Below are positions 51,616 through 64,000 of a stretch of 64,000 nt of DNA, piece after piece. Source of the stretch: Octopus sinensis (Eukaryota); NCBI RefSeq assembly GCF_006345805.1, contig NC_043007.1, forward strand, positions 34,286,001-34,350,000. Reading direction: 5' to 3'. The position numbers and the translations under genes were made by a program. Under the pieces are notes generated by a model that was given only the letters and a program-made list of their open reading frames with translations, was not told the DNA's origin and ran no database searches. How positions within the stretch are numbered: position 1 is the first letter of the stretch; every line of letters begins with the position of its first letter.

Positions 51616-52630
51616 ATGGTATGAGTTATGAGATTTCCATACTAACATTAGGTTGTATAATTTTAAGAAGAAATTTGAACGCCCACTAGGCAATAAGTGC
51701 CTGATCAAAAACGTTGCATACAAGTGTAATGTTCAAACGAATCTACAATCTTTCACTCACGTATGTTCCACTTATTCCATTTTTAAATATATAATAATTT
51801 TCATACATTTAGGAGAGAAAACAAAGTGAAAACAACGTTACTCTCCGTGAAAGTTTGTGAGTTAAAGAACAAAAAATAACGATTTTTAAAAAATATCGAA
51901 TATCGCTAAACACGCTAGAAATCTTGTTGGAAATCTTAAAAAGCATGGTTGATATTATTAATAGATTTGATGAATTAAGGGCCAAATTCTCGCATTTTGT
52001 CCAAGAACTTTCCTATACATGAAACCGATTCTATACAGACTTCCCTTTGTGCTAGATATGTATATCTACAACTCTACAACAGCGACGTTAGAAATAAGCT
52101 GCGTATATTGTCTTTAGGTAACCTAGCGTACGTTAATACTATTAATACATATAATTGATCGTATTTAAGTTACATTTTCCTACCCTTAGTTTTAACGACA
52201 GATTCCGATAAATAATTATTTTATGTAATTTATATCTTATATAATTTATATATTATACAATTTATAACTTAACTTCAATTTGCTTCTAACCTTAGGTGAT
52301 ATCTTTATAATATACGCTTCCACCTCCCCAGTTATAGCCATTATACTGCTTTATGTTATTCGTTACAATCCCATAAATTCTTTGAACATTTATTAACATT
52401 TATGGACTTTATAATTCTTTATAACTCCCATAAATTCTTTTAACGTTTTCTTAATACTCCCCGTAATTTTAAATTATTGTTGTAGTGATTTAACTTATCA
52501 ACTGAACCTATACAATTTTAATTGATTTGATTTGATTCATTCTCAATATCATTGTGACAATATTGGTTAATAGACTCGTTGGGATTCAAATTCCATTTCG
52601 CTTTTTTTGGCGGGGTGGGATATCAGTTCT

Positions 52631-53044
52631 TATTTCTTTATTGCCCACAAGGGGCTAAACACAGTGGGGACAAACTAGGACAGACAAAAAGATTAAGTCG
52701 ATTAGATCGACCCCAGTGCGTAACTGGTACTTATTTAATCGACCCCGAAAGGATGAAAGGCAAAGTCGACCTCGGCGGAATTTGAACTCAGAACGTAACG
52801 GCAGACGAAATACCTATTTCTTTATTACCCACAAGGGGCTAAACACAGAGGGGACAAACAAGGACAGACATAGGTATTAAGTCGATTACATCGACCCCAG
52901 TGCGTAACTGGTACTCAATTTATCGACCCCGAAAGGATGAAAGGCAAAGTCGACCTCGGCGGAATTCGAACTCAGAACGTAACGGCAGACGAAATACCGC
53001 TAAGTATTTCGCCTTGCGCGCTAACGTTTCTGCCAGCTCGCCGC
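52631..53044 (-). mobile_element. SINE family B dimer (one head plus two 184 bp bodies)
   Basis: Bodies start at 52631 and 52815. Flanking repeat atatcagttct. Confidence 0.93.
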
Positions 53045-54848
53045 CATACAATATCAGTTCTAGTTTTTTCTTCGCTATTATTTCTAGCCTTTCGACTCAC
53101 AACTACAGTACAGCTATATAACTGCTCTCTCTAGCTCTCTACATAAATTTCGATATTTAGCTAAAATGTATAAATTTATATCTTTATGTTGACACTGATT
53201 ATTGCTTAAATTAATTTCATTATTCTATTATATACATTTATTTGTTTATCCCGTTACCATCTTCCCGTCAATTTGTTGACCACTTTCTCCATCAGAATTG
53301 TCCTATGCTGCTTCTTTTTACATATTTATAGGTTATGATTAACCGTGATTATGACTATCTTTATATTAATGACTCGTTTTTCTTTTCATTGCTCTCCTTC
53401 TATTCCTTCTTACACTAAAATTTTTCAGAATATAATTCATAATTAGCTGGATCTCCTTTAATGGAAGCTAATATTCTATCAATAATTAATTGGAGCCCTT
53501 TAATAGAGAGAAATTAAGGATATGAATAAGTAACACTGGAATTTATAAACCATGTCCCCCCTTTAATGTACGAAATGATATAACACAGTAAATTCTTTTT
53601 ATGGATCTTCGATGGCAACCATCTTTAAAGATATTACGATAAATGTAAACAACTAACGTTTGTTTTAGAGGCGTTGGAATGCGTATCGTGAGATATAAAT
53701 AAGATGATAATTCATTTTCAAACGCATTACCGGTTAAGTGCTTTACCAATTATGCTAAACTACCCACTGACGAATTGATCCGCAATTTTAAAACTTATAA
53801 AGCTATCGAGCTGAACGCTGAAAAGCTGAAATTTTATTACGATACATGTAAACAAACGCGTGTATATACATATGTATAGAGTGTTAGAAGCGGTGTACAG
53901 ATATTGAATATTGAGAAAAGAAGTCGCCAGAATTTTGGAAAAAGAATTATTTAGTCATTATTACAAGCTCTTTCGTTTGTTTTTCGAACTTGTCAAATAA
54001 AATTTTTTTCTGAATGTACAAACAGGTTGTTTATTTATATAAAACAGGTGTTTTTTTTTTGGTTTTGCTTAGAAGAGCAGAACACTACTTTTTTTTTGTT
54101 CTTTTGGTTGAGGTTCCAAGACAATGGAGATAGATAGATAGGTAGGTAGATAGATAGATAGATAGATAGATAAATAGATAGACAGACAGATAGATAGACA
54201 AAGAGATAGAAAGGTAGAGAGAGGGGAGGAGAGATTTTGACTTCCATTTAATTATTTATTTATTTAGTAATTTACCATTCTATTGAAATGAGTTCAAGGA
54301 TGGTGATCTCTCCAAGAAGTCAGTTCTAGGATGGCGTGTGGTCATGACTGAGTGCATTTTTTCTCTTCTTTTTTCCATTTTTTCCCTTTTCTAAGGAGCC
54401 AAGGGAAGATAAAAGGTTCTACGAAAATTTAAATATGTGTGTGTTTATGAGTTCATATGTTTGGAAATATGTCTATTTCTGCAGTGCGTAATTTCGATGT
54501 TTTGCATTGAAAAATAAAGTCAAGTTTCTTTTAATTTCATGCTTTGCATGAAAAGACATTAGTACAATATTTACAAATTAGAAAAATAAAATCCAATGCT
54601 ATAAATATTGGAGCAGAAACAACAGTAGTAGTGTACTTTTTCTTTCCTTAAGGTATCTTTCAATTTCCTGTTTTGCGCTAACAAACAGCATTTACAAGTT
54701 AGAAAAATACGCAAAGCTAGAATATCCCAAAGTTATATATATACACACACATATATACCTCAATATTCATAGAGATGAGTATCATGCTTCTAATATTGGA
54801 GCTACATTTAGAATTTTTTTTAAAAATGCAAATTCTGCGCTTTTCTTT

Positions 54849-56050
54849 CAAACATTCAATTTTGTAGAGAAGTTTTTGATTATGTGCAGCTCCATTGCTT
54901 TCCGGTATTGCGGGTCTTCATGTGAACATTTGAATTTTCCGTCGTTGCATATTTCCAGATGTTTGCTTAACGGAATATTGCGTAATCCCTCTTTCCGGAA
55001 TATGCTGCCTGTGTATTATTGCACGTTGGCAGAGGGAATTATTTGTTTCGACAATGTACTTTTCCTTGCAGTTGGGGCAGGTAATGCAGTGTATAATGTT
55101 CCGCGTTTTGCACTTCATATCTACATTTGTTTTGAACGAGAATCTGCTCTTGAATTTTATGTGGGAACCACTTTCTAAGCATTTAAAGTTGTTGCATGTT
55201 CCACATCTCCTATTTCCACATTCTTTTACTACGAATTCTGCTCTTGTGAGGTGTTTTTTTAAGATTATTTGGTTGGCGTCTATTCTTCCGTAAGGGATTT
55301 TTCATTTTGAGGCTTCCTGGAGTATAGGTAAATTCGATTTTATGGCGTGAAAGATGTTGGTTATCTCAGGACTATGCGTGTTAACAAATGAGATCGTGTG
55401 TTCATTTATTTTTCTTCAGGTGTCCGTAGTCGGGTGATGCTTAGTTTCATCGCCTTTTTAATCCCCTCATTAATCAATCCTAAGGGGTATTTCTGCATTG
55501 TGAAGAAGTTTTTGAGCTCATTGAGTGGAATTTCACGTATTTTGGGGTCAGTCACTCTAGCACAGACGCGTCTTGCCATGCTGGATGGGATGTTTCTTAT
55601 GATGTGTGATGGATGGTGTGGTGTTGGCAGTCGGTGTTGTGGGATGTAATGAGCTATGTGGTGTTGGTGGAGAGGATGACAGATGAGGCGGGCGGAAGTA
55701 GGGCCTGCAGGGGCTGGCAGAAGACTGCAGGGTGCATGCGTCGCAGGAAGCGGAAGAGTTCAAGCAGGACGCACGTGTGGTCATCGACGAAGGGACAGTT
55801 CGAGCATAGACGTGGAAGCGACAGGACGTGTCGAATTCGTAAGAGACCTCTGATCTTCGCCAAGGCAAGGCCTTTTGTATTTCTTTCTCCCGTTGCTTCT
55901 CCTTCTGTTGTCCTCTTCATCCATCACACTACAGATGACAAGAGTAGAAATTTAAATGTTGGTGTGTGTCAGTTTTTGTTAGTAAAATATGTCTGATGTA
56001 ACTGTGGAGTTCAGTATTTTTAGGTGGACGTCCAGGAATTGAAATTCATT
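54849..56050 (-). mobile_element. Penelope-like element RT C-terminus, thumb and GIY-YIG relic
   Basis: FLDVHL...SDIFY, TDTHQHLNFYSCH|PSHIIRNIPSSMARRVC, and CKTRNIIHCITCPNCKEKYIVET...HRQHI...KLNV*. Confidence 0.92.
55617..55933. mobile_element. Solo LTR (317 bp) inserted in the PLE
   Basis: TGTGGTG...CACTACA termini and a 5 bp TSD (gatgg/gatga). Removing it restores the SCHPSH reading frame. GC-rich compared with its flanks. Confidence 0.88.
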
Positions 56051-56128
56051 GCAACTGGATTTCAAGGCAAAGCATCGAAATTACACAGTGTAGGCATAGA
56101 GATATTTCCAAATACATGAACTCATAGG

Positions 56129-56163
<35 letters not shown>

Positions 56164-56428
56164 TAAAATTTTCATTAGAACCTTTTATCTTCCCTATTGC
56201 ACCTTAAGAAAAAGAAGAAAAAAGGAAAAAACGGAAAAAACAAAAAAACAAAGTAACAAAAAAAAAAAATTCTCAGTGATGACTGCATCCCATCCTAGAA
56301 CTGACTTCTTGGAGAGGGCCCTATCCTTGAACTCATTTCATTAGAATGGTAACTGGCTAAATAAATAAATAAATGGAAGTCAAAATTGAATCGGGATCCC
56401 TCCCCCACTCCTTCTCTCTACCTATTTA

Positions 56429-56468
<40 letters not shown>

Positions 56469-56482
56469 ACTAATCTTTTCTA

Positions 56483-56527
<45 letters not shown>

Positions 56528-56752
56528 CCATTGTCCTGGAAATTGACCCCACAAAAACAAAGAAACAAACACAATGTTCTCTTCTTCTACACAAAACAAA
56601 AAGAAAAAAAAACACCTGTTTTATATAAATAAATAACCTGTTTGTACATTCAGAAAAAAATTTCATTTAACAAGTTTGAAACAAGAAACGAAAGCGTTAA
56701 TAATGACTAAATAAAAAAATTATTTTTCCAAAATTCTGGCGACCTCGTTTTT

Positions 56753-56833
<81 letters not shown>

Positions 56834-56863
56834 AATAATATATAATATATATATATATATATA

Positions 56864-57256
56864 GGCGCAGGAGTGGCTGTGTGGTGAGTAGCTTGCTTAC
56901 CAACCACATGGTTCCGGGTTCAGTCCCACTGCGTGGCACCTTGGGCAAGTGTCTTCTGCTATAGCCTCGGGTCGACCAAACCCTTGTGAGTGGATTTGGT
57001 AGACGGAAACTGAAAGAAGCCTGTCGTATATGTATATATATATATATATATGTTTGTGTGTCTGTGTTTGTCCAACTAGCATTGCTTGACAACTGATGCT
57101 GGTGTGTTTATGTCCCCGTCACTTATCGGTTCGGCAAAGGAGACCAATGGAATGAGTACTGGGCTTACAAAGAATAAGTCCCGGAGTTGAGTTGCTCGAT
57201 TAAAGGCGGTGGTCCAGCATGGCCGCAGTCAAATGACTGAAACAAGTAAAAGAGTA
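56864..57256 (+). mobile_element. SINE family A
   Basis: Full family consensus present. Confidence 0.93.
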
Positions 57257-57932
57257 TATATATATATATATAATGTAGGAAAAAAGTTTTCGAAAAAAAT
57301 TCTATCAATGGCCAGCATATTAAAAAATACCTTTAAAGGTTAAATTTACAAACAATTCATAAGTAAGAGCAAAAGAAAAAATTTCTAATGCATATTTTGG
57401 CATATATATATACTCAATGGGAAAATATATATATTATATTTTCATTTAGAGATAGTAGACCCCTTCATCTCACCATATAAATGAAATTTAATTTAAATAC
57501 TTACTACTTTATAACTTGGCTACACATGTTTCACGAGGTACATTTCCCGGTTCCTTAACCACACCGTGTTCTGCTGGGACCATTCATAAAATATAACCCC
57601 AATCATCAGGCCCCTATCTCACTTTCTCATAGTTTGATACTATAAACTATATTTCAATTTATATATATATATATATATATATATAGCAATTAAGGACAAC
57701 TTCTTAATAAGGATAACTTAACAAGAAATTATCGGGTAGATAGCGTGAAAAACCTCATAAAAGAAAAAATTTCGAAAATAATTCTTTCTTATTGAACATA
57801 TTAATTTATATATAGAGGGCATTATTATACATACATGCCACACGCTAAGAGGGACAAAATTAGTCATTTCTACCAAAAATTTTACTAGTCCCACCGAATG
57901 CAATTTTTCAAAGTAAGACATTTAAAAATATG

Positions 57933-57979
57933 GACTTGTATCACCTGTGATTTCATACCTCTGTATTCATCAGCAAGTC
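57933..57979 (-). ncRNA. Canonical type I hammerhead ribozyme
   Basis: GACTTG-CTGATGA-ATAC agag GTAT-GAAA-TCAC ag GTGA-TA-CAAGTC. All three stems pair and the core is intact. Confidence 0.9.
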
Positions 57980-58384
57980 TGGACGTATCATAAATAAACG
58001 AACCCAATTCGTCTCAGCCGAGCAACTATCTGATCAACTTCAACGAAGCCATGGGTGGTTTACATATATTACATCCGGTAAATGGCAGACTTTTACGAAT
58101 TGCATTTCGGAAAGGAAAAGTTTTTTTCGGAATAAAAAATTAGCAATTAAGGAAACTTCTTAATAAGAAAACCTTAACAAGAAATTATCGGTAATAGCGT
58201 GAAAAACCTCATAAAAGAAAAAATTTCGAAAATTTCTTTCTTATTGAACATATTAATTTATATATAGAGGCATTATTATCATACTGCCACACGCTAAGAG
58301 GGACAAAATTAGTCATTTCTACTACCAAAAATTTTACTAGTCCCACCGAATGCAATTTTTCAAAGTAAGACATTTAAAAATATG

Positions 58385-58431
58385 GAGCTGTATCACCTGT
58401 GATTTCATACCTCTGTATTCATCAACAAGTC
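58385..58431 (-). ncRNA. Mutated type I hammerhead (C3U, weakened stem I)
   Basis: GACTTG-TTGATGA-ATAC agag GTAT-GAAA-TCAC ag GTGA-TA-CAGCTC. Confidence 0.7.
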
Positions 58432-58775
58432 TGGACGTATCATAAAAACCGAACCCAACTCGTATGTATAATAATGCCCTCTATATATAAATTAATATGT
58501 TCAATAAGAAAGAATTATTTTCGAAATTTTTTCTTTTATGAGGTTTTTCACGCTATCAACCCGATAATTTCTTGTTAAGTTTTCCTTATTAAGAAGTTGT
58601 CCTTAATTGCTAAATTTTTATTCCGAAAAAAATTTTCCTTTCCCGAAATGCAATTCGTAAAAGTCTGCCATTTACCGGATGTAATATATGTAAACCCACC
58701 CATGTGCTTCGTTGAAGTTGATCAGATAGTTGCTCGGCTGAGACGAGTTGGGTTCGTTTACTTATGATACGTCCA

Positions 58776-58822
58776 GACTTGCTGATGAATACAGAGGTAT
58801 GAAATCACAGATGATACAAGTC
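58776..58822 (+). ncRNA. Canonical type I hammerhead ribozyme
   Basis: GACTTG-CTGATGA-ATAC agag GTAT-GAAA-TCA caga TGA-TA-CAAGTC. Confidence 0.9.
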
Positions 58823-58982
58823 CATATTTTTAAATGTCTTACTTTGAAAATTGCATTCGGTGGGACTAGTAAAATTTTTGGTAGAAATGACTAATTTTGT
58901 CCCTCTAGCGTGTGGCATGTATGTATAATAATGCCCTCTATATATAAATATAATATATATATAAGATATATATAAACTTATA

Positions 58983-59164
58983 TAAAGTTCCTGGCTTTAA
59001 GGGTATCGCGAAATACCTTGTTCTTTCACAGGACTTAGGAAAACCGAAGGACTGCTCCAATAAGTGTGTGAATCTGAGAGGGGAATAGGTTGAATAAAAT
59101 CATAATTAACCGATCCTCTTGCTGTTTCTTTTACCCAAAGCCAGGTATTTTCAACATCCCTCGT
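58983..59164. mobile_element. Mariner-derived MITE copy (left end eroded)
   Basis: Homologous to 25021-25235. Confidence 0.7.
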
Positions 59165-59179
59165 ACATATGTATGCATG

Positions 59180-59730
59180 TAATTATTTAGTTTATTTCAA
59201 GATTTCTTACCAATAAAGAAAGAACCGGTTTCTAACCTAGATCCAAGGCTCCTTCATTGGAATTTCAACATCAACAACAGGGTACTTTTGTATGTATGTA
59301 TGTATGTATGTATGTATGTATGTATGTATGTATGTATGTATGTATGTATGTATGTATGTATGTATGTATGTATGTATGAATGTGCAGATTTGTATGTTTT
59401 ATGTATGTATTCTCATGTATATAGTCACATATCTAGACATGCTCATATATATTTAAATAATAAACTTCTGGGAAGTTTTACAGATTTTTTATAGTTCCAG
59501 TGATGGATTAGATCTGTTGTCTTCGAATTAGCTTTCTTCTTTCTGGTTCTGAGAAGCCTAATTTATCAAGACTGGTATTTATGCAGTGCGCTACATATCC
59601 TAGGACCCCAATAATTACAGGTATAAACCTGAACTTATTATCCGGATAGAGTAACTGCAGATTTCTCAATAGTTCAGCATAAGTGTTCTCTTTTTCACTG
59701 ATCTCCAGCTTTATGTTAACATCCACTGGG
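59180..59730 (-). mobile_element. 3' end of the second RLE-type LINE family, abutting a (TATG)n array
   Basis: DVNIKLEISEKENTYAELLRNLQLLYPD...FIPVIIGVLGYV. Confidence 0.82.
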
Positions 59731-60063
59731 TTATGTATGTATGTATGTATGTATGTATGTATGTATGTATGTATGTATGTATGTATGTATGTATGTATGT
59801 ATGTATGTATGTATGTATGTATGTATAAATGAGCGATAAACTGGAAGAATGAGAATGTAACACCCTATGAGTTTTTTAGAACTGACTCTTCAGCTTATAA
59901 ACAAAGTGACGTTTTAACTGAGGGAAATAGAAAATACTAATGCGAGTGGTAACAGTAAGGCTGCTTCAATAGGATTGAAAAATAAGAAAGGACCGAATGC
60001 GTTCGCTTTTTTGTGTCATGAGAACAAATTTTAGCTTCTGCACATGTGCGTATACGCGAGAAA

Positions 60064-60460
60064 GGCGGTGAGCTGGCAGAAACGTTAGCACGCCGGGCGA
60101 AATGCTAAGCGGTATTTCGTCTGCCGTTACGTTCTGAGTTCAAATTCCGCCGAGGTCGACTTTGACTTTCATCCTTTCGGGGTCTATAAATTAAGTACCA
60201 GTTACGCATTGGGGTCGATGGAATCGACTTAATCCGTTTGTCTGTCTTTGTTTGTCCCTTCTGTGTTTAGCCCCTTGTGGGTAGTAAAGAAATAGGTATT
60301 TCGTCTGCCGCTAAGTTCTGAGTTCAAATTCCGTCGTAGTCGACTTTGCCTTTCATCCTTTCGGGGTCGAGAAATTAAGTACCAATTGTGTTTTGGGGTC
60401 GATCTAATCGATTTTCACCCTCTCCCAAAATTTCAGGCGTTATGCCTAGAGTAGAAAAGA
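60064..60460 (+). mobile_element. Chimeric SINE family B dimer
   Basis: GGTATTTCGTCTG occurs at 60111 and 60295. The second body ends in the alternative subfamily tail. Confidence 0.9.
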
Positions 60461-60736
60461 ATTATAATTAAACGGGACTGATCTGAAGTCAATGAAGGCA
60501 GGCGTGAAAGTTCGGTGTATGTGTATGTGTGAATGGATATGTAAAAGAACCAGTGGGAAAAGGAAAGAATTGTGAGAGTAATTGCAGTGGTTTACCGGTA
60601 GATGTCGAATAATACAATTGACAAGATTTTGATTTTGTACATCAAAAAATATTTGTGGGAAAAATATTAGTCATTTTATGGTTGTTGAGACAGTGAATCA
60701 GTAACCGGAATGAAACTGAAATGTATAATCTTTTGC

Positions 60737-60900
60737 TCTCTTTTACTTGTTTCAGTCATCTGACTGCGGCCATGTTGGAGCACCGCCTTTAGTCAAGCAA
60801 ATCGATCCCCGGACTTCTTCTTCGTAAGCCCAATATTTATTCTATTGGTTTCTTTTGCCGAACCGCTAGCTGGGGTGGGGTGACAAGCACAGACACACAA
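60737..60900 (-). mobile_element. SINE family A 3' fragment
   Basis: Family tail present. Confidence 0.8.
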
Positions 60901-61627
60901 ACATATACACACAAACACATACATGCATGTTTGTATATACATATACGGACATATATATGCACACACACATTCATACACACACACGCACACACACATACAC
61001 ATGCACACACACATCCACACAGGGTGTGTGCATATACATACCAACGTTGAATTGTGTTAGACGAACAAGATAGGAGTATTCGCTGATGCAGCAGCGTATA
61101 TAGTTTATTGAAAGTTTGTCCTGTCACTTACGTTTCATGCCACTGCGATCATAGGCGTGAATTGTTACGGCCTAAAGTTGATGGTATATCTATATTTGTA
61201 GGTGTGGTTGTGGTTGCATAAGTGCGCTTGCTGATTAGCTGAAATTTTTCTGATCCGTCATTGGTTATTATCCGTGACGTGGTAGTGTTCTTTTTGTTCG
61301 ATAGATGGTGATACTTTGGTTATTTGGATTTGTCTGTTTACCAAGTTCACTGATTATTTTGGTACCTGTCTTGGTCAAGTTTCTTTTATGTGTTTGTAAA
61401 GAATCTTAATGATTTATTTAAGATTGTGACTGAATTTCACAATAAAACTAACTAGGGGCATTTATTAAAAGAAGAGTAAGTGGTATTTCATAGTTGAGTA
61501 GCTTTTGCCTTTGAAAGTCTGTTAAACTAATTAATGATTTTATTTATTTCATAAGGAACATATGTATTTCGAATTGTAAGCTTCTGTGCGTGCTTGTGTG
61601 CAAGCGCATGTGCATGCGCGCGCGTCT

Positions 61628-61840
61628 GCGAGCTGGCAGAATCGTTAGCCCGCTGGACGAAATGGTTAGCGGCGTTTCGTCCGTCCTTACGTTCTGAGTT
61701 CAAATTTCGCCGAGGTCAACTTTGCCTTTCATCCTTTCAGGGTCAACAAATTAAGTACCAGTGAAACATTGGGGTCGATGTAATCGACTAGTCTCATCCC
61801 ACCTCTCTAAATTTCAGGCCATATGCCTTCAGTAGAAAGG
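61628..61840 (+). mobile_element. SINE family B (alternative-tail subfamily)
   Basis: Family head and body present. Confidence 0.88.
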
Positions 61841-62295
61841 ATTTTGTGTATTGAAAATCTGGTTTACGTATGATTGAGTGCATTTTAGCTGAAATGTCTA
61901 GACTGTTAGTTTAAAGAATTCTTTTTAGTCGAGATGATTTAATGTGGCTTGTTGGTGTTGTCTGTTAAGCTATTGTCCGTTAAAGGCTTTTGTTAACACG
62001 CTAAATAACAAGAGTTGTTTGAATTGCAAATTTCCAAGTGTATATGTTTGCATGTGCGAGTGTATGTCAGTATATGTAAGTGTTATGAGAATGTGTGTGC
62101 GTAAGGGTTGTGTGTTTGTGCATTATCCTAACAACAATATTTACAAAAACAAAAAAAAAAACTGTTGACAATCAAGTGTTGTTTGAAAAATAGCTTAGGT
62201 TTCTAGGTGCATTTGCTTGTGTGTGTGTGTGTGCGTATGAGAGTCAGCATGTGTGTGTGTAGTGTTTGTGAATGTGAGTGTTGTGATCAAGGCTT

Positions 62296-62483
62296 CTCTT
62301 TTACTTGTTTCAGTCTTTTGACTGTGGCTATGCTGGAGCATCGCCTTTAGTCGAGCAAATCGACTCCGGGACTTATTCTTCGTAAACCTAGTCCTCGGTC
62401 ACTTTTGCCAAACGCTAAGTTACGGGGACGTAAACACACCATCATCGGTTGTCAAGCGATGTTGGGCGGACAAACATAAACAG

Positions 62484-62517
<34 letters not shown>

Positions 62518-62680
62518 TCATATATACAGCGGGCTTTCAGTTTCCGTCTACCAAATCCACTCACAAGGCTTTGGTCGGCCCGAGGCTATAGTAGAAGACA
62601 CTTGCCCAAGGTGCCACGCAGTGGGACTGAACCCGGATCCATGTGGTTGGTAAGCAAGCTACTTCCACACAGCCACTCCT
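62296..62680 (-). mobile_element. SINE family A
   Basis: Family consensus present. Confidence 0.9.
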
Positions 62681-63061
<381 letters not shown>

Positions 63062-63812
63062 CATAGATGAATTCTGAGCCACTGATAAAGAAAACTTGAC
63101 CACATAACCCATACATTCACATACACAACACACACTCATGCACATATTATCAAATAAACTTTCATAACAACATATATACACAATAACAAGCGAACGAACG
63201 AACGAACGAACAAACAAACGCATCTAGAGACTTATAATACAAGCAACGCTTGTTCTTCAATGAATTAAACGAAAATCTTCAATTAGCTTAACAGACAATA
63301 TCAACAGGCCATACCAAACCTCTCAATCATATTGACGAAACTTCATATTGACAAAAGCAAAATTTCAAACATTCCAGCCAAAATGTTCTCAAGCATGGAA
63401 AAACCAGATGTTCAATACGCAAAACAAAACCAAAAAGAAAATCAAGCGTTGACCACAACACACACACACACACGTAAAGAAATTTATAATTCAAAATACA
63501 TATGCCCTCACTGAATGAAATTCACAAAATCTTTAATTAGTTTAACAGGCGGTCTCAGGAGCAAAAATCACTCAACTGTGAAATACCACTTGCTTTCTTG
63601 TAAATAAATATCCTAGTTAGTTCACTGTAAAATTCAGTCACAGTCAAACAAATCATTAACTTTCATTGAATCGATGTTATAAAAGTTGTAAATATCGATA
63701 TTAAGAAAGTTGGCAAAACAAGATCGGAAGTGAGGAAAATAGATATATATTGAAAATAAAAAAATTTAATCAAAATCTGCAATAGCTAAAAGGTGTGGAG
63801 GTTTATTATTAT

Positions 63813-63850
<38 letters not shown>

Positions 63851-63914
63851 ACTACTACTACTACTACTACTAATACTACTACTACTACTATTATTATTAT
63901 TATTATTATTATTA

Positions 63915-63954
<40 letters not shown>

Positions 63955-63957
<3 letters not shown>

Positions 63958-64000
63958 TAGTTTTATTTTTATAGCGTGCTTTCACTTCACTACCGGGTAC
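63955..64000 (-). mobile_element. 3' UTR end of an R4/Dong-like LINE abutting (TAA)n/(TAC)n arrays; runs off the window
   Basis: cagtagttttatttttatagcgtgctttcacttcactacc, as at 20057 and 33181. Confidence 0.8.

Larger units (their letters stand above)
53947..56714. repeat. Long diverged inverted repeats (53947-54512 / 56060-56714) enclosing a PLE fragment
   Basis: Colinear reverse-complement blocks, including a shared (GATA)n tract. Confidence 0.88.
57684..58948. mobile_element. 457 bp hammerhead-bearing non-coding unit: about 1.7 tandem copies plus about 1.06 inverted, circularly permuted copy (retrozyme-like or PLE terminal repeat)
   Basis: Period 457 in both orientations (57684/58141; 58462/58919). 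Inversion junction at about 58461. No convincing ORF. Confidence 0.85.

Noticed and set aside
53766-53800. CTGACGA followed by an ATTG/CAAT stem
   Set aside because: No GAAA, stem III or stem I, so it is not a hammerhead.
53543-53880. Protein-like open stretches on both strands
   Set aside because: No splice signals, no recognised motif, and frequent stops nearby.
57520-57615. Possible HHR with a 70 nt stem II on the minus strand
   Set aside because: Only a 3 bp stem I and a U-U closing pair. Noted as a remnant at most.

Overview
AT-rich eukaryotic repeat landscape saturated with microsatellites. It is most likely from a coleoid cephalopod (Octopus-like). This is an inference from the tRNA-derived SINE families and the microsatellite load, not a database result. 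I could not identify a host protein-coding gene. Almost all ORFs in the supplied track are microsatellite artefacts or decayed transposon fragments. Recognisable content: four to five SINE families (about 30 copies); three DD34D mariner relics and one DD37D relic; a Merlin transposase relic; R4/Dong-like and other RLE-type LINE fragments; Penelope-like element (PLE) RT and GIY-YIG fragments; a solo LTR nested in a PLE; non-autonomous Helitron-like elements; a MITE family; a 5' U2 snRNA retro-fragment with target-site duplication (TSD); a 7x126 bp tandem array; about 15 long inverted repeats; and a 100-N gap. The most notable signal is a set of type I hammerhead ribozyme (HHR) motifs. A non-coding 457 bp unit occurs in tandem and inverted form at 57684-58948 with canonical HHRs, giving a retrozyme/circRNA-like architecture. 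A 135 bp palindrome at 41398-41532 carries a minimal HHR on each strand. Several variant or decayed HHR cores occur elsewhere. Coordinates were read by eye and may be off by a few bases; boundaries of decayed elements are approximate.
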